Positions 49,001 to 61,856 of a stretch of DNA of 64,000 nt are shown here, piece by piece (the stretch's first letter is position 1; each line of letters opens with the position of its first letter). Source of the DNA: a virus (lineage: Duplodnaviria; Caudoviricetes); IMG/VR virus record IMGVR_UViG_3300021399_000103, positions 112,420 to 176,419 of that record, one strand, 5' to 3'. A program made the translations under genes and the position numbers. The notes beneath the pieces are model-generated. The model searched no databases, was not told the origin of the DNA, and saw only the letters and a program-made list of their open reading frames with translations.

Positions 49001-50632
49001 TCCTTGTACCTCTTTCCTTATTACATATATATTATATCATATTTTTTTATAAAAATAAAAAGCGATCTTTTAATCGCCTTTATCTTTGTCATCATCATCT
49101 AAAGACATAATTGAAATACTTTTGATTTTATCTGCCAATGCGGCAACGATAAGGTCTTCTGTAGCATCCAGCCGTTTATTTATTAAAATAATTTGAATTT
49201 CTTGGATAATTAAAGAAATTCCCAAAATAAGTTTTACCCAGTCCATTATAACAACTCCTGTATTCTATCATATACATATTCAGCATCTTCATCATTGAGA
49301 TTAAAACTATATTTAATATCTTCAATCTCAACACCTTCCGCATCTGAGCCAAAGTTTCTTACTACATCTTTAGCAATACTATCAAGTTTATCGCAATTCA
49401 TAGCATAAAGATTAAAAGCTGTTCTCTCTACTGGATCATTATACCAGGGTGCATCAACTCCAATTTTCATTATAATCCCTCCTTAATAGCTTTTTCAAAA
49501 AGTTCAATAGTTAAGTCATCTTCAAGATAGAACGGATCTACCGGCCCATTTGGGAAAGGAATACAACTAAGCAGCTGCCAAAACCGCAGGTCTGGATACT
49601 TGTGCCAAAGTTCATTTAACTTTACGGTAACCTCATCAATTCTCTTAGGATCTCTCATATTTATCACCTCTTCTTTATATAATAATTATATAATATTTTT
49701 TAATAAAAATCAAAAGAGGATTATTTATCCTCTTTTACACTGTCAACATCTTCTGGCTTAATCCAAATTGTCTGATCGCCAATTTGAACTCTATACTTTT
49801 CACCACTATTGAGTCCGGTTACTGTTCCAGTAACAGTAGCTTTTACTAAAATTTGTTTACCTTGTCTAATATCCATTCTAACTCCTTAATAACTCGCAAT
49901 CATCCAAACTTCATAATCTGGATCTTTCAAATATTCAATTACGTTATCACATGCTTCCCAAAAATTAACCATATAACCAACAGAGAAATCATAACCTAAT
50001 TGCGGAGATACATCAAAATTATCATCAAACCATTTTTCATATGTATCCACAAGTTTATGCTCTCTTGGATAGGCATTCTTAAAATCCTCTATATTATCAA
50101 AATCATCCCAATGTTCTTCAAGAGTCGCATATGCAGTATTGATTTCGTTTAAGAACGGGCCAATAGGAGAAAGGATTTTCATTAAATTAACCCAATCTTC
50201 TAATTCAAGTTTTGATGTACAATCATTTTGAGTATCACAACGAAGTGCATATACAAGTTCCCAACCCTTGCGTGCGTAAAACAACTCACGCTTTTCCTGA
50301 TCCTCATAAGACATTTTGTAGTAATCATCGAGGGTTTCGCCTTTGCGCAAATAGAATCCATAAAAATCAAGTCCCATATGTCACCATTCCTTTCTATTCT
50401 TTTAGTTTAATAAAATAAGTTTTTAATTCATACGGAGATATATGTTTATATGTTTTTTCAACTCCAGAAGGAGATTCAATTTTTTGAAAAACGAAGTGAT
50501 TTGGTCGAGCGACCCAATAAGTTCCAATTTGAACATCTTGATATGATTTAATACATTTGTAAATTTCTAACATAAACCTTGCGCTGGCCGGCAAAACCGA
50601 TCGTAAAACCGGCCAGCCGCAAATCCTCCTAA

Positions 50633-51355
50633 TTATTCTTTATTTTTAGCAAGAGTGCATCTTGTAAGAATGGTCTGCTTTACCCCACGATATTCTTTAT
50701 GATCTTTAATAGTTCCTTTCATCTTGTAAGTTACACCAACTTCAAGTGTTTTTGCCGCAGTAGTCCAAACAAAGACGTTGCCAGAAAAATCTTCCATAAT
50801 ATGCATTGTGCTATGTCCATACATACCATCAACACCGATAGCCTTCTTGATTGTTAATTCAAAATTCTCTCTATCGCCAATTTCTCCGACGTATTCACTT
50901 GTGCTTTCAACATCTTTATATTTAAGATTATTAATAGCTTTTTCCGCCAAAGTTTCGCTAACATCGGTTCCATATGAAACATCTTCCCAACAGAGTTTTT
51001 CTACTCTGATACCTTCTGGAAGATCATTTGAAACTTCTTCATTTGATGGAGTGAACCATCCCCAAATTTTATGATAACGGCATTCAGGTTCAGCTTTAAA
51101 CCAGTTAAGATTTTCATATGTATTTCCAAGATAGACATAAATGTAACCAGCATCACCAAAACCCAGTACACTTTTTAACGATCTGAAACGCTTAGGCTCT
51201 GTTTCTTTATACATTCTTGCATATTCAGCATCTGTATACCAACGAACATTCTTTAATTCTCCAAAAGGAGTTTCGATAGTAACATACTGGCGACCATTTT
51301 GAGTGAAAGGCTCGCCCATAATATCACATCTCTGGTAGGACTTTGCGACCGGCAT
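50633..51355 (-). CDS. Hypothetical protein with C-terminal OB-like domain
   Basis: SEYVGEIGDR...FVWTT...GTIKDHKEYRGVKQTILTR. Confidence 0.65.
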   Translation of the reverse strand: MPVAKSYQRCDIMGEPFTQNGRQYVTIETPFGELKNVRWYTDAEYARMYKETEPKRFRSLKSVLGFGDAGYIYVYLGNTYENLNWFKAEPECRYHKIWGWFTPSNEEVSNDLPEGIRVEKLCWEDVSYGTDVSETLAEKAINNLKYKDVESTSEYVGEIGDRENFELTIKKAIGVDGMYGHSTMHIMEDFSGNVFVWTTAAKTLEVGVTYKMKGTIKDHKEYRGVKQTILTRCTLAKNKE

Positions 51356-51895
51356 TATCTATCACCTCTTTCTACATATACATCAAAGTATGTTTCAGGT
51401 TCACCTTCAAAGTTTTTTCTTACATCATGCTCATAATAACAAACTTCATAATTGCCATAAAACTTCAAAGTACTTGGTGAAAATCCCATATAATCGGGGC
51501 CTGCTAACATAATATCTGTATCATTATCCCAAATGCAGCAAGCAGAAGTGTATAATCCTTTTGGAAGATTTTTTACTTTACACATTTTTATCACCTTTCT
51601 TTCTTCTTACATATATATTATAATATATTTTATAAAAAAAATCAAATAGAGTATCATCTATTTGATTTCTACTGTTTTATATTCTGGTTGATGCTCTGAA
51701 TAATACTTATCCATAAGTCTTAATGCCGTCATAGCATCAATACCATGCTGAAGAAAGTTCATAAAGTCCTGCTCGGTAAAGCCATATGCACTACAAAACT
51801 CATTTAGATCATAATATCGTTCAGAGCATTCATTATAAATCGCATATGCGATCCGACCTTCAAGTTCATTCATATCAAATGTCATATGTGACTCC

Positions 51896-52297
51896 TTATT
51901 CAGTAACGGTAATATCAATTAAGCCATGTTCAATTACTTCTTTTGGCGGGAAGAATGCTATTTCATATGCATATGGAGTGGTTTCAGCAGGTTCCAACTG
52001 AACACATGTATATGTTACATCTTGACTTAAATGGGCATAAAATAGTTTATATTGTTCAGGGCCTGTTTGAATTAAGACATTAAGATCGCCATCACTATCA
52101 GCGCTAATAGAAATTAAACCTTCAACTTCAAATAAAGCTTCATTTGTTCTCGTGTTAATGGCAATAACTCTACGTCTTATTATAAATTCATCAGCATCTT
52201 TTCTTAAATTGTAACTTACTCTGTCTGCTTGGCGGCAGCCGGTTAATCCGATCGTCAAAGCGAGACCGCAAGATAAAAATAATTTACGCACGTTCAT
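51896..52297 (-). CDS. Phage lipoprotein
   Basis: Lipobox LTGC then RQADRVSYN. Confidence 0.75.
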   Translation of the reverse strand: MNVRKLFLSCGLALTIGLTGCRQADRVSYNLRKDADEFIIRRRVIAINTRTNEALFEVEGLISISADSDGDLNVLIQTGPEQYKLFYAHLSQDVTYTCVQLEPAETTPYAYEIAFFPPKEVIEHGLIDITVTE

Positions 52298-52801
52298 GTA
52301 ATTCTCCTTGTGTAATTTTTCCAGCTTTTAACATTCTGCCGAATCTTTTAGCGGCTCTATGTCTAATTAATGAATGACGATATGAAGTTGAAAAGAAATG
52401 AATTGCTTCATCAATAGTACAATAACCTGCTTCAACCATTTCGATTTGATTGTCACACATTTTACGAGCCTGCGCAGACCAAGACTCTGGATGATAACTT
52501 CTCATATTTTACACCTCTCTTTCTGCTGGTTCTGGTAGAAAACTCCAGGCTAAAACTTCTTCATCAGTATACCGGCTCCATTGCCCATCATAATATAACC
52601 CCATATAAGTATATACTGCATTGTCATTATATGGATCAATAACCGTAATCAAATATAAATCTGATTTAGGCGGAGCCTTTTCGCTATAATAAATCCATTC
52701 GGTACTCATTAATTTATTACCTTTCTTTTTACATAATAATTATAACATATTTTTTTCTAAAAATAAAAAGGAGAGGTATGCACCTCTCTCCTTTTATATC
52801 A

Positions 52802-53146
52802 CTAGGCAACAGTCCAAGTAGCTTTAACTTTGCCTTTGCCTTCAGTTGCTTTTACGACGCCTGCCGCATCTTTGAGCAAACGAGCTGCTTTCTGATTGGA
52901 TACGTTGAATGCTTCTTCAACGTCGGCGCAAGTAACTACGCCTTTCTCAGCTACAAACTGAGCAACTGCTTCAAGGTCAGCCTGACGAGCGATCTGAGCT
53001 TTTGTTGGTTTGTTAGAGCGATTGCCAGCTTTGCGGACAGATTTGAGAGCACGTTCAACGAGGAAGTTGAATTCGTCTTCAGTCAAAGTTTCGAAGTTGA
53101 TGCTGTTGATGCGAGCTGTGAGATTCATTTTTTCCATTCTTATCAC
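52802..53146 (-). CDS. wHTH family paralog 2
   Basis: KPTKAQI, SNQKA, KGKVKATWTVA. Confidence 0.7.
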   Translation of the reverse strand: MIRMEKMNLTARINSINFETLTEDEFNFLVERALKSVRKAGNRSNKPTKAQIARQADLEAVAQFVAEKGVVTCADVEEAFNVSNQKAARLLKDAAGVVKATEGKGKVKATWTVA

Positions 53147-53351
53147 CTTTTCCTTTTCTTTACATATATATTATATTATATTTTTTAAGTTTTTTCAAAT
53201 AAAGTTCTCCAATCACTTGCTTGATTGCTACACATTGGAGGTTCCTGGCTTTATGGCTCCAGTAGTCATTACATCCGATTGCTTTTTTCGTCTGAGAGAT
53301 GAACTCTACGGTCTTTATTTTATAAGGCGACGCGGTTTCCTTATCCTTATA

Positions 53352-53690
53352 CTAGGCTACAGTGTAAGTTGCCTTAACCTTGCCCTTAGCTTCAGTAGCC
53401 TTAACGAACTTGCCGGAACGGTTCAGGATAGCAGAGATCTTCTGGTTGGAGAGACCGAAAGCCTCTTCCAGTTCAGCACAAGTAACTGCTTCGTGCTCAG
53501 CTACATATGCGGCGATCTGATCAGCCAGTTCGGCATTGGCGATCTGAGCCTTAGTCGGCTTGCGCGGGCCCTTAGCTGCCGGGCGCACGGACTTCAGAGC
53601 ACGTTCTACCAGGAACTGGAAGTCATCTTCAGTAAGAGAATCGAAAGCCATAGCGTTGATACGATCGGAAATAGTCATCTTGTTAGTCAT
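53352..53690 (-). CDS. wHTH family paralog 3
   Basis: KPTKAQI, SNQKI, KGKVKATYTVA; close paralog of 52802. Confidence 0.7.
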   Translation of the reverse strand: MTNKMTISDRINAMAFDSLTEDDFQFLVERALKSVRPAAKGPRKPTKAQIANAELADQIAAYVAEHEAVTCAELEEAFGLSNQKISAILNRSGKFVKATEAKGKVKATYTVA

Positions 53691-54113
53691 AGTTTAATCA
53701 CCTTTTTACCTTTCTTTTTCTTTTTACATATATATTATAATATATTTTTTGGATTTTTTCAAATCGCAGATCTTTTTGTAGAAGTAAGGGAGAGAACTTC
53801 CATTGAAGACCTTTTACCTCTTTCCTATACCTTACATATATATTATAATACTTTTTTTTAGATTTTTCAATTTACCGTTCGGTATTTTGAGATTGCATTT
53901 CATCAGCCAGGAGGTCAAATACGACAGCAGCCTTGTCCATTAGGTCATGCGTTTCTGTAAACCCATACATAGAAGCTCGGCCGGAGATAGTTTGACACAT
54001 ACGACTAAGCTCTCTTAAATCAGCTTCTGTTATTGTCATATTTATCACATTTCCTTTCTTTACATATATATTATAATACTTTTTTTTAAGATTTTCAAGT
54101 TATTGGCTTACAC

Positions 54114-54229
54114 GAGGCCCGGGGGAATTGAACCCCAGTCTCCCTATGAGACCGCCCTTTTGTAATGGCACCGCCTAATCATCTTTTGATTTACCTGGCA
54201 CAGCTACCCTGATGCTGCGTTCGGGCTTC
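54114..54229 (-). ncRNA. tRNA-like RNA with expanded middle
   Basis: GCCCG/CGGGC acceptor-like, GGGG-TTCAATT-CCCC T-arm, GCAGC..GCTGT D-like stem. Confidence 0.5.
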
Positions 54230-54252
54230 CTGTAAACCAATAACCTGAATAG

Positions 54253-54325
54253 TGCCGAATGAGGGGTTCGAACCCTCGACCCATCGATTAAGAGTCGATT
54301 GCTCTGCCAGCTGAGCTAATTCGGC
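54253..54325 (-). tRNA. tRNA-Lys(CUU)
   Basis: Loop CTCTTAA. Confidence 0.92.
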
Positions 54326-54837
54326 ATAAGTTTAGGTGAGGTCAATCATCTTCCAAGAATAGCCGCTCCTTTAGCTGACGGAGTGGGTAATCTGATGAGG
54401 ATTACGACCATCAATCTCCGCCTGGGCCTCGAACCCCTGCTTATTCTCCCATTTCCTTTTTACATATATATTATAATATATATTTTTTAATTTTTCAAGT
54501 AAGAAGATTTTTTTAGGATTTTTATTTATCCCTATCTCTTTCTTACATATATATTATATAATAATTTTTATAAAAAATAAAACGACGATTTTTTAATCGT
54601 CGTTAATTTAACCAAGAGGGATCTGTAATTTTTACTACTTTATAACGAGGCCAGTGTCCGAACATTTTGCGAGCTTCTTTCGCACTTTCTTTAGAAACAA
54701 ATAAAACTGGAGTGTATATTTCAAGACCCATTATGTCAGATATTGTGTGAAATTGTCCGTTTTCACATAGAATTGAAGGGTCGCTCCATTCAAATCAACT
54801 TCAATCATAATGCTTACTTTTTTGGACAATATAAAAA

Positions 54838-55083
54838 CTATTCTCCAAGAGCTTCTTCCTCTTCGATAGCTTTTAAAATTTTAGCTTCGTTTTCTTCTCT
54901 TCTTTTACGAGCACCTTCAGTTTTAATTAGTTCCTCCTGGAAGCAATCGCCGCACATCCTTTTTCCAAAGATATTAGTCATTATAGATTTCATAGGCTTG
55001 CCGCATCGAGGACATCTTGGATACCTCGGTTTAGAGGGATATTTTTCTTTGAAAGTATCAAAATCAATATAGCCTTTTGCCAT
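54838..55083 (-). CDS. Small Zn-finger protein; last gene before the strand switch
   Basis: AGGAG RBS; CPRC...CGDC. Confidence 0.55.
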   Translation of the reverse strand: MAKGYIDFDTFKEKYPSKPRYPRCPRCGKPMKSIMTNIFGKRMCGDCFQEELIKTEGARKRREENEAKILKAIEEEEALGE

Positions 55084-55182
55084 TATTATTCTCCTTATAA
55101 AATTATTATACAAAAAGTTTTTTAGAAACGCAAATTGATTTTTAATAAAAAATATAGTATAATATTTATATAAAGAAAGAGA

Positions 55183-58100
55183 GTGATATATAAGATGAGA
55201 CCAACAGAGAAACAATTAGCGTCAGCTTTAAGAAAATATAATGAGATTATGGAATATCGGTGTTATGAATTCTTGACTATTGGAAAAGAATATTCTGAAG
55301 ATACTGATGGTTGGAATCTGCGGGATATGGTTGCGGAATGTAATTATCAGCTAAGCACTTATTATGAAGAGGGTCACGTTAACTGTGAAATGAAACAAGA
55401 AGATAGAAAACAGTGGTTAGCTGAGACTGGTAGATTAAAAAGATTTATCGCACATTGGGAACCATATATTGATGAAATGGTTTGCGTTTGCGGACATTGC
55501 AGTAAATACGATAACTAGGAGGTGTGTGTGTATATGAGTTATGTATTTTATGCTAAGGTAAAAGGGTGTCACAGCGATGGTGAGAATTATTTTGATGAAT
55601 TATTTACTATTGCGGATAGCTATACTGCAGCCGCAAGGGATATTGAAAATAGATTTAACACTGACTTGTTAGGATTCAGTTTATATTGTTTTGATTCAGA
55701 TGTGATTCATATTCAGGATATTAATGAATATGTAAAGGAAGCGAGAGCGATAGTAGGTTAATATGACGGTTAAAGATAAACAGCATTATTTTCCCGAAGG
55801 ATTTTTTTCAAAGGAAAGACCAATAGCTAAAGGAGAAGATGAGAAATTGATCGCAAAGACAATTATTCCAAATCGGTTGGTATATATTTATAATCCAGAT
55901 CCGATTAAGTTCTTCTTTTGGCTCAAGCCAGAAGGATTGCTGATAACGAATTTTCGCTTTAAGGTTCATTATAGTAATAACAAAAGTCTGACTAAGTTAC
56001 ACATATTGATTAGATCGCCTTTGCTTTGTATAGATCGTGATGATACAGGAATAACGATTGGTAATAAACATCAGTTGTTTTTTATGAAAAATAGAAAGGG
56101 AGGAAAATAAGTGAATATTATTATAAAGTATGACACTGACGATATTCTAAATTTAATAAAAAAAGATGTTACTGAAACTTTTAATGATCGTCCAAATTAT
56201 AAGTTGTTTATAGACGAGGTTGAATTTGATCGTTGGCTTAACACTGACCAAGGACTAAAGATTGAAGCACATGCTGATATTAGTTTTGAGAAAATAATAG
56301 AGGAAATTAAAGATGAAATTGATTAATGCCAATGCTCTTGAAAAGGCAATTTATGAATGGATGCCAAAAGATCAAGAAACATGGATGAATAGTGATATAC
56401 CTCCGATTGAGAACTTAGTTACATCTATCATGATGACAATTCAAGAACAGTCACCAATTGAAGCTATTCCGGTTGAGTGGATTAAGGAATGGATTAAGAA
56501 ACATCATGAATACGCAAGTAGAGTTACTATTACATGGTTGCTTGATGATTGGGGAGAAGAACGGGAGGATAAGGAATGACAGTAGAACAGATTTTGACCG
56601 AGATATACAAGAGTGGTTGTGCTGACGATGTGTTTCTTGTATTGGCAAAGCGTGTAATTAGTGAAAAGGAAAAATTGAATAAGCAGATTGCAGAGAGTAA
56701 CGCAACTTTAAGATTGATAGGTAAAATTACGAATGATAAGACGGTGAAGGAGATACTTGAAGAATGAGAGCGATAAATGCGGATGCTTTTGAGAAACATT
56801 TAGAAGAAGCGTGGATGCTTCACAAAATTAGTAATGACGATTTGACACAGATCAGAAAATGGCTCGCAGAAGAAAAGACAGTGGATGCACCGTCTGGCAG
56901 ATGGATATGTTATCCAGAAAGCTTGAAGTACAAAAGTAGTATCGAATGCAGTGTTTGCGGTGAAGCTTTTAATATATTAAGTAATGAAACAAAGCGGTTT
57001 AATTATTGTCCGCATTGTGGGGCAAAAATGGATGGTGAGAAGTGGATGAAATAAAGATTGAAATGATTGAAAAGTACATTTCAGAAATTGAAGATAAAGT
57101 CCCTGATGTAGCTGCAGCAGTAAAAGGGTTTATTGAAATATGGAAAAAGGAACAGGAGAAATGGAATGAACGATAAGGAAAAGACATATTTACAGGGTTT
57201 GATAGATGCTTGGGAGATGGCAAGAACAATTGCGCTGCCGCCTACAAGAGGTGGAATGGGATACAATGATTTGGTGGAGTGCTTTAATATGGCACGACAT
57301 GATGTTTTTTGTTTACCTGTGTCTGAAGTAAAAGAAAAATATGATAATTGGAAAGCAAATATTAAGTAATTGTTTTGGCACTCTTTTAATTGTATTAATA
57401 TGTTTAGTTATTATGTTATTAATTATTATTATAGCAGATACAATATATGAAATTGTAAGGGATTGGTTTAACTAGGAGAAATAATATGACCGTTAGAGAA
57501 TTGATTATAAGACTCGTAAGAGAGACGGATTTAGATAGTAATATAACCGTGTTTGACATGGATGAGAATAAATTTAAAGATCTGGCTATTGAAAAATTGG
57601 GAACGATAGTATATTTTTATATCAAAAACCGCAAGAAATCTGATATGGAAATTCGAGAAGATTTTTTCAGAAACGCTTAGAAAAAGCGTTTTTTAATTAG
57701 AGTATCCTAAATTTTACGAAAATAAAAAGTTAAAGAGTAACGAAAAAGACGTTGACACGAAACAGTTATTTATGGTATAATATAATATATACGAGCTAGA
57801 AGCCCCGAAGGGGATTCGCGGCGAGTAAGCCCAGAAGCCGCAGGCGCACTGGGCGTTAGGAGGAAAAGAATGGCATTAAGAGATGATATTAGAGATTTAA
57901 CCGCCACAGAGGTTCAAAGATTTAGAGAAGAAATGTTAACGCAGGAAGATTTAGAAAAAATTATGGATGATGTGACTGCGTTTTGTATTCTTGAAATTAG
58001 AAAGTTTTGCGGGGAGGATATCTTTGAGAGAAAAGTGCAAGAACTTAAAGATAAGGGTATAGATAAAGCGAGAGAAAAAATTAAAGTTAATTTAACTAAA

Positions 58101-58365
58101 GGTAAGAAAAATGAATAGGATCGTTGCATATAATAGAAGTAATGTTGCTGTTGGAGTTTATAAAGATTTAGATGCGGCCAGTGCGAAATTGGGTCTTACG
58201 CGCCATGAGATTGGAAGGAATCTTAGAGGATTGGGGCCAGAATATATTAAAGATTTAAAATTTGGTTATGAGGTTACTAATAAAGAATTGCGCAAAGCCC
58301 GGTTAGAAGATCGGAAGAACCGCCAAGCGCAGAAGCAAAAAGAATTAGAAAAATGGTTTAAATAA
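55183..58365 (+). other. Plus-strand operons of small hypothetical genes
   Basis: ORFs 55183, 55522, 55763, 56111, 56313, 56576, 56764 (Zn ribbon), 57133, 57486, 57870, 58111; ATGA overlaps at 56576 and 56764. Confidence 0.65.
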
Positions 58366-58512
58366 TTCCATATACTTTTGGGTAAAGATGGATAAACTTA
58401 TTGATGGAAAAGGTATAATAAATAGGATTTTCATCCATCTTGGATACAATCTATATATAGTACTTTAAGAGTTGTATCGAAGGTGGATAAACTATTAAAA
58501 AAGGAGATATAT

Positions 58513-59259
58513 ATGGAATTAGAATTGAATAAACCTTATACAAGCGAGGAAATCGCAAGAAATGAATTTAATGTATCGGCTAAAACATTTTCAAATAAAA
58601 GAGATATTTATTTAGAAAAATTGTCTTCAAAGTATAAATGAGAATATAAGAAAAGGAAGTATATTTTACTAGAAAAATTAAATGATAACAATTTACAACG
58701 AGCTTCTAAGATAGAAATTCAACAAGAAATTAGGCAGCCGGTTCATGATGTTGTAAGTAAAAATACTTTACAAACATATAGTAGCATTGCCAGAATAATG
58801 GTAAATAATAATGTTTCATATGTTAAAAAGCATCCGCAACAAGAAAATACAATGGTAAGATATATTCGTGCGGTAATGGAAACTGATTATGCGGTAAAAG
58901 AATGAGTATGGGGGGATATAAATCAATTACCAATTCAACCTTTAACGCAGGATCAAAAAGAATATTTAACGGTTTTAATGGCGAAAAAAGATGGATTGAG
59001 TTTAGATCAGTTAAGTTTTATGATTAAAGCTATGGAAGAATCTGGTTATATAACTAAAGAAGAGGCGAAGGATTTATTATATGATACCGCAACAAAAGAT
59101 TATGAAGATGTAATGAGAGGATTCAAACAGAAATATCATTTTAGACCAAGATTAGTTGCGGATTGGCAAGAAGGCATTGCGTTTGATGCGGATATTGTTA
59201 TTCCTTATGGATTGAAAAATAAGGAGAAATTGTTGGAATATAAATATGACAAAAATTAA
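58513..59259 (+). CDS. Hypothetical, possibly DNA-binding, protein; 2 in-frame TGA read as Trp
   Basis: AAGGAG then ATG 58513, in frame with ORF 58978-59259; TGA at 58639 and 58903; no other stop. Confidence 0.65.
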
Positions 59260-59763
59260 GGGGGGTCGATTTAGCAAAAACATGACAAAACTTTATAAAG
59301 ATAAAGAAGAACAAATGTGGGATTCGCTTGAGGATTTTGCGAAATCATTTTCAGAAGATGAATTGAAAAAATTAAAAGAAGAAAATCCTAATTTATATGA
59401 GATGATAATGAGTTTAATTTGGGAATAATTCATTACAAAAATAAGGATGGTTTTTCTTAAAAATTCATTACAAAATTTTAAGTTTTAGGGTTTTGCTGGA
59501 GTGGGGTGCCGATCGGACCTCCTCTATATGCTCCTTCATTTCAAAAACGATTTTCAATCGAAACCGGGGGTATTCCCTATCAAAAACCGGATTGAAAAAT
59601 CCGGGGGTACCCAAAGCGCAACTACCTAAGGAACGAAATGAAAACTCATTTGAAAATCGCGTTAGGAGATTACCAAAATTCGAATCAAAAAATGAGTTGA
59701 CTTGCCAAAATAAAAAAATTATATTATAATAATAATAGAAAGAAAGTTAGAGGTTCAACTTTT

Positions 59764-60156
59764 ATGAGCAAAAGTAAAGATATGCTACAAGAAGCAATAA
59801 AGGCATTATATGAAGAAGGTAAAAGACGTAGCGAAATTCGTTCTTTATTTGATACAGTATTAGAAGAGAATGATCAGATCTATGTGATCCGAGATATAAT
59901 CGTACAGGCAATTTTTGATTATGTGGATAAAGTTCATCCAGATATGCGTAATACATATACTAAAGAAGATCTAGAGAAGTTTACAACAGACCAGATTTTT
60001 GGTACTATTAATAAGGATCTGGATGAACTGCGGACTTTGAAAGCCGATGGGTATACGAAGGTCTCTAGTAGTGAAACTTGTCGTGGTACTAACTCTAGGC
60101 CTGGATTAGAAGGATATGACGACGAAGCTTTAAAGGCGTTTTTGCGGACTTTGTAA
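59764..60156 (+). CDS. Hypothetical protein
   Basis: TTGACT..TATAAT promoter and GAGG. Confidence 0.6.
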   Translation: MSKSKDMLQEAIKALYEEGKRRSEIRSLFDTVLEENDQIYVIRDIIVQAIFDYVDKVHPDMRNTYTKEDLEKFTTDQIFGTINKDLDELRTLKADGYTKVSSSETCRGTNSRPGLEGYDDEALKAFLRTL

Positions 60157-61437
60157 GAAATTACTGCCAAGATTTTTTACAAGGGATAATTTAGAGTACG
60201 TTTTGTAGCTTTCGAATTAACTACAAATTATGATATTGGCGTCACGTTTTATTTACCTCCCTTTCTATATACATATATTTAGTTAACCCAGCGACGCCCT
60301 GGGTTTTTCAGGTTATATAAAATTAGAGATATAGTAATAAAGGTCGGCTATACGCCGACCGGTTTTTATCTTCCCCCTAAATAATTATACTATATTTTTT
60401 TATATAATACAATATTGTGAAAATTTTCACAAAGTCGCTCCCCAGGCTTGAACCAAGAGTAAATAGTAAGTATAGAGATGCGGCCAGCCCGGTTAAGGGA
60501 TCGGTTTAGCGACCTGGCGCAATGACTACTATTACTTTCTACTACTGGAACAACAAAAAATCGGCCGCTTAAGCGCGAATTATGTGCGCACGACCGATCT
60601 TTCGGAAAAGTTAAAATGGAATGGAGTAAGCAGCTTTCACTGCTTACAATTATTATTATACCAAAAATTTTTTCTAAAAGTAAGAAAAATTTTTATTTTG
60701 GAACTTTTTTTTCATAAAAAGTTACTTTTTAGTGCGATTATATGCGGTTTTTATTAAAAACGTTTGATATTTTAATTATATTATATTATATTTTTTAATT
60801 TTTCGCAAATTTTTTAATAAAAATAGTAATTTTTTTAAGATTTTTGGCGATTTTTTAACTTTTTTTATTGGTTTTTTTTAAAATTATACCAAATTTTTTT
60901 AATTTTTGCCAATAAAATAGATCTATTTTTGGAAAAAAAGTTTCATCATATGATCTTTTTAGCGCGATTGATCCGATCGGCGTTTTAATTTGTGAAAATT
61001 TTCACAACCCGAACGGCGCCGCCGCCGATTTTTGTGATTTTTCGCGCGCCATATGGAGCCTGCACTTCCGAGAAAAAAATTGCCATATGGTGTGCCGATC
61101 GGAACTCCGATCGTCATCGGGGTTAGTTAGCCTAAACTAACTATAGCACTGTGACGCTTTAACGCGTTAAAGCGGTAAAGTAGTTGGAAATGCAACTATT
61201 TTGGGAATGTGAAAATTTGATGAAAATTTTAAAAATTTACTTGACTTTTTTTCGATTGTGTGGTATAATGGAATTTCGGGCCTAGGCAGTCGCCGACGGC
61301 CCGAGTTAGTCAAGCCTAACTTTCTGAAACTTTTGTGTCAATTTTGAGTTTAGTGTGGCTAAACTTTTGCTCCAAGTTTAGTGCTACTAAACAACCGGCG
61401 CAGTTAGCATAGACTAACTATCGCCGTAAAAAAAGAG

Positions 61438-61809
61438 CTAGTTTTTGCTAGCTCTGTGTGCCGTCAATGTGACTGTATAGCTTACGCCGTCAATGGTGAA
61501 GTCTACAGCTCTTTCCGCATTCGTTACAGCCACGTTTTCGTAGCGTTTGAGCGCATCCGCAAGCACTGTGATGATTTCCTGTTTTACAGGGTTTTCCTTG
61601 CGTGTGCGTGTTGTTTTCCCGCTTGTCTTGCGTGTTGTAGCGTTTGCGAGCTTGCGAGCGTTTTTCATTTGCTCTTTTGTGAGATCCCAATCATGCGGAA
61701 TCCCGCGATCAGTTTCAGCATCATCCTTGATCAGCTGAATTGCTTCTTCACGCGAACACTTTAACGTGCGCATGTGGTGCTGAATAAGCTTTTCATCCAT
61801 TTTTATCAC
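61438..61809 (-). CDS. Basic hypothetical protein
   Basis: GAGGTG RBS. Confidence 0.6.
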   Translation of the reverse strand: MIKMDEKLIQHHMRTLKCSREEAIQLIKDDAETDRGIPHDWDLTKEQMKNARKLANATTRKTSGKTTRTRKENPVKQEIITVLADALKRYENVAVTNAERAVDFTIDGVSYTVTLTAHRASKN

Positions 61810-61856
61810 CTCTTTCTATTGGATTGTAAGGGAAGAAAAGGGCTTGCGCCCTTTTC

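Larger units (their letters stand above)
49067..52709 (-). other. Cluster of small early-type genes
   Basis: ORFs 49246, 49470 (MRDPKRI), 49886, 50394, 51355, 51658, 52284, 52509 (DUF551-like), with RBSs and promoters. Confidence 0.6.
20750..54575 (-). promoter_or_regulatory. Dispersed conserved sigma70-type promoter TTGA(W)n..TGnTATAATATATATGTAA (about two dozen copies)
   Basis: Reverse-complement copies at ~20755, 23345, 25250, 29525, 30380, 32190, 38460, 38685, 41800, 45905, 47250, 47380, 49025, 51610, 53165, 53730, 53835, 54065, 54465, 54548. Confidence 0.8.

Noticed and set aside
29579-54000. Plus-strand and tRNA-overlapping ORF-track entries (e.g. 36215, 40457, 42602, 53010, 31435, 38023)
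   Set aside because: Antisense or overlapping shadows of real genes and RNAs, without RBSs
54378-54410. Hammerhead ribozyme (plus-strand CTGATGAG)
   Set aside because: No correctly placed GAAA or stem II, and it is opposite to the transcribed strand
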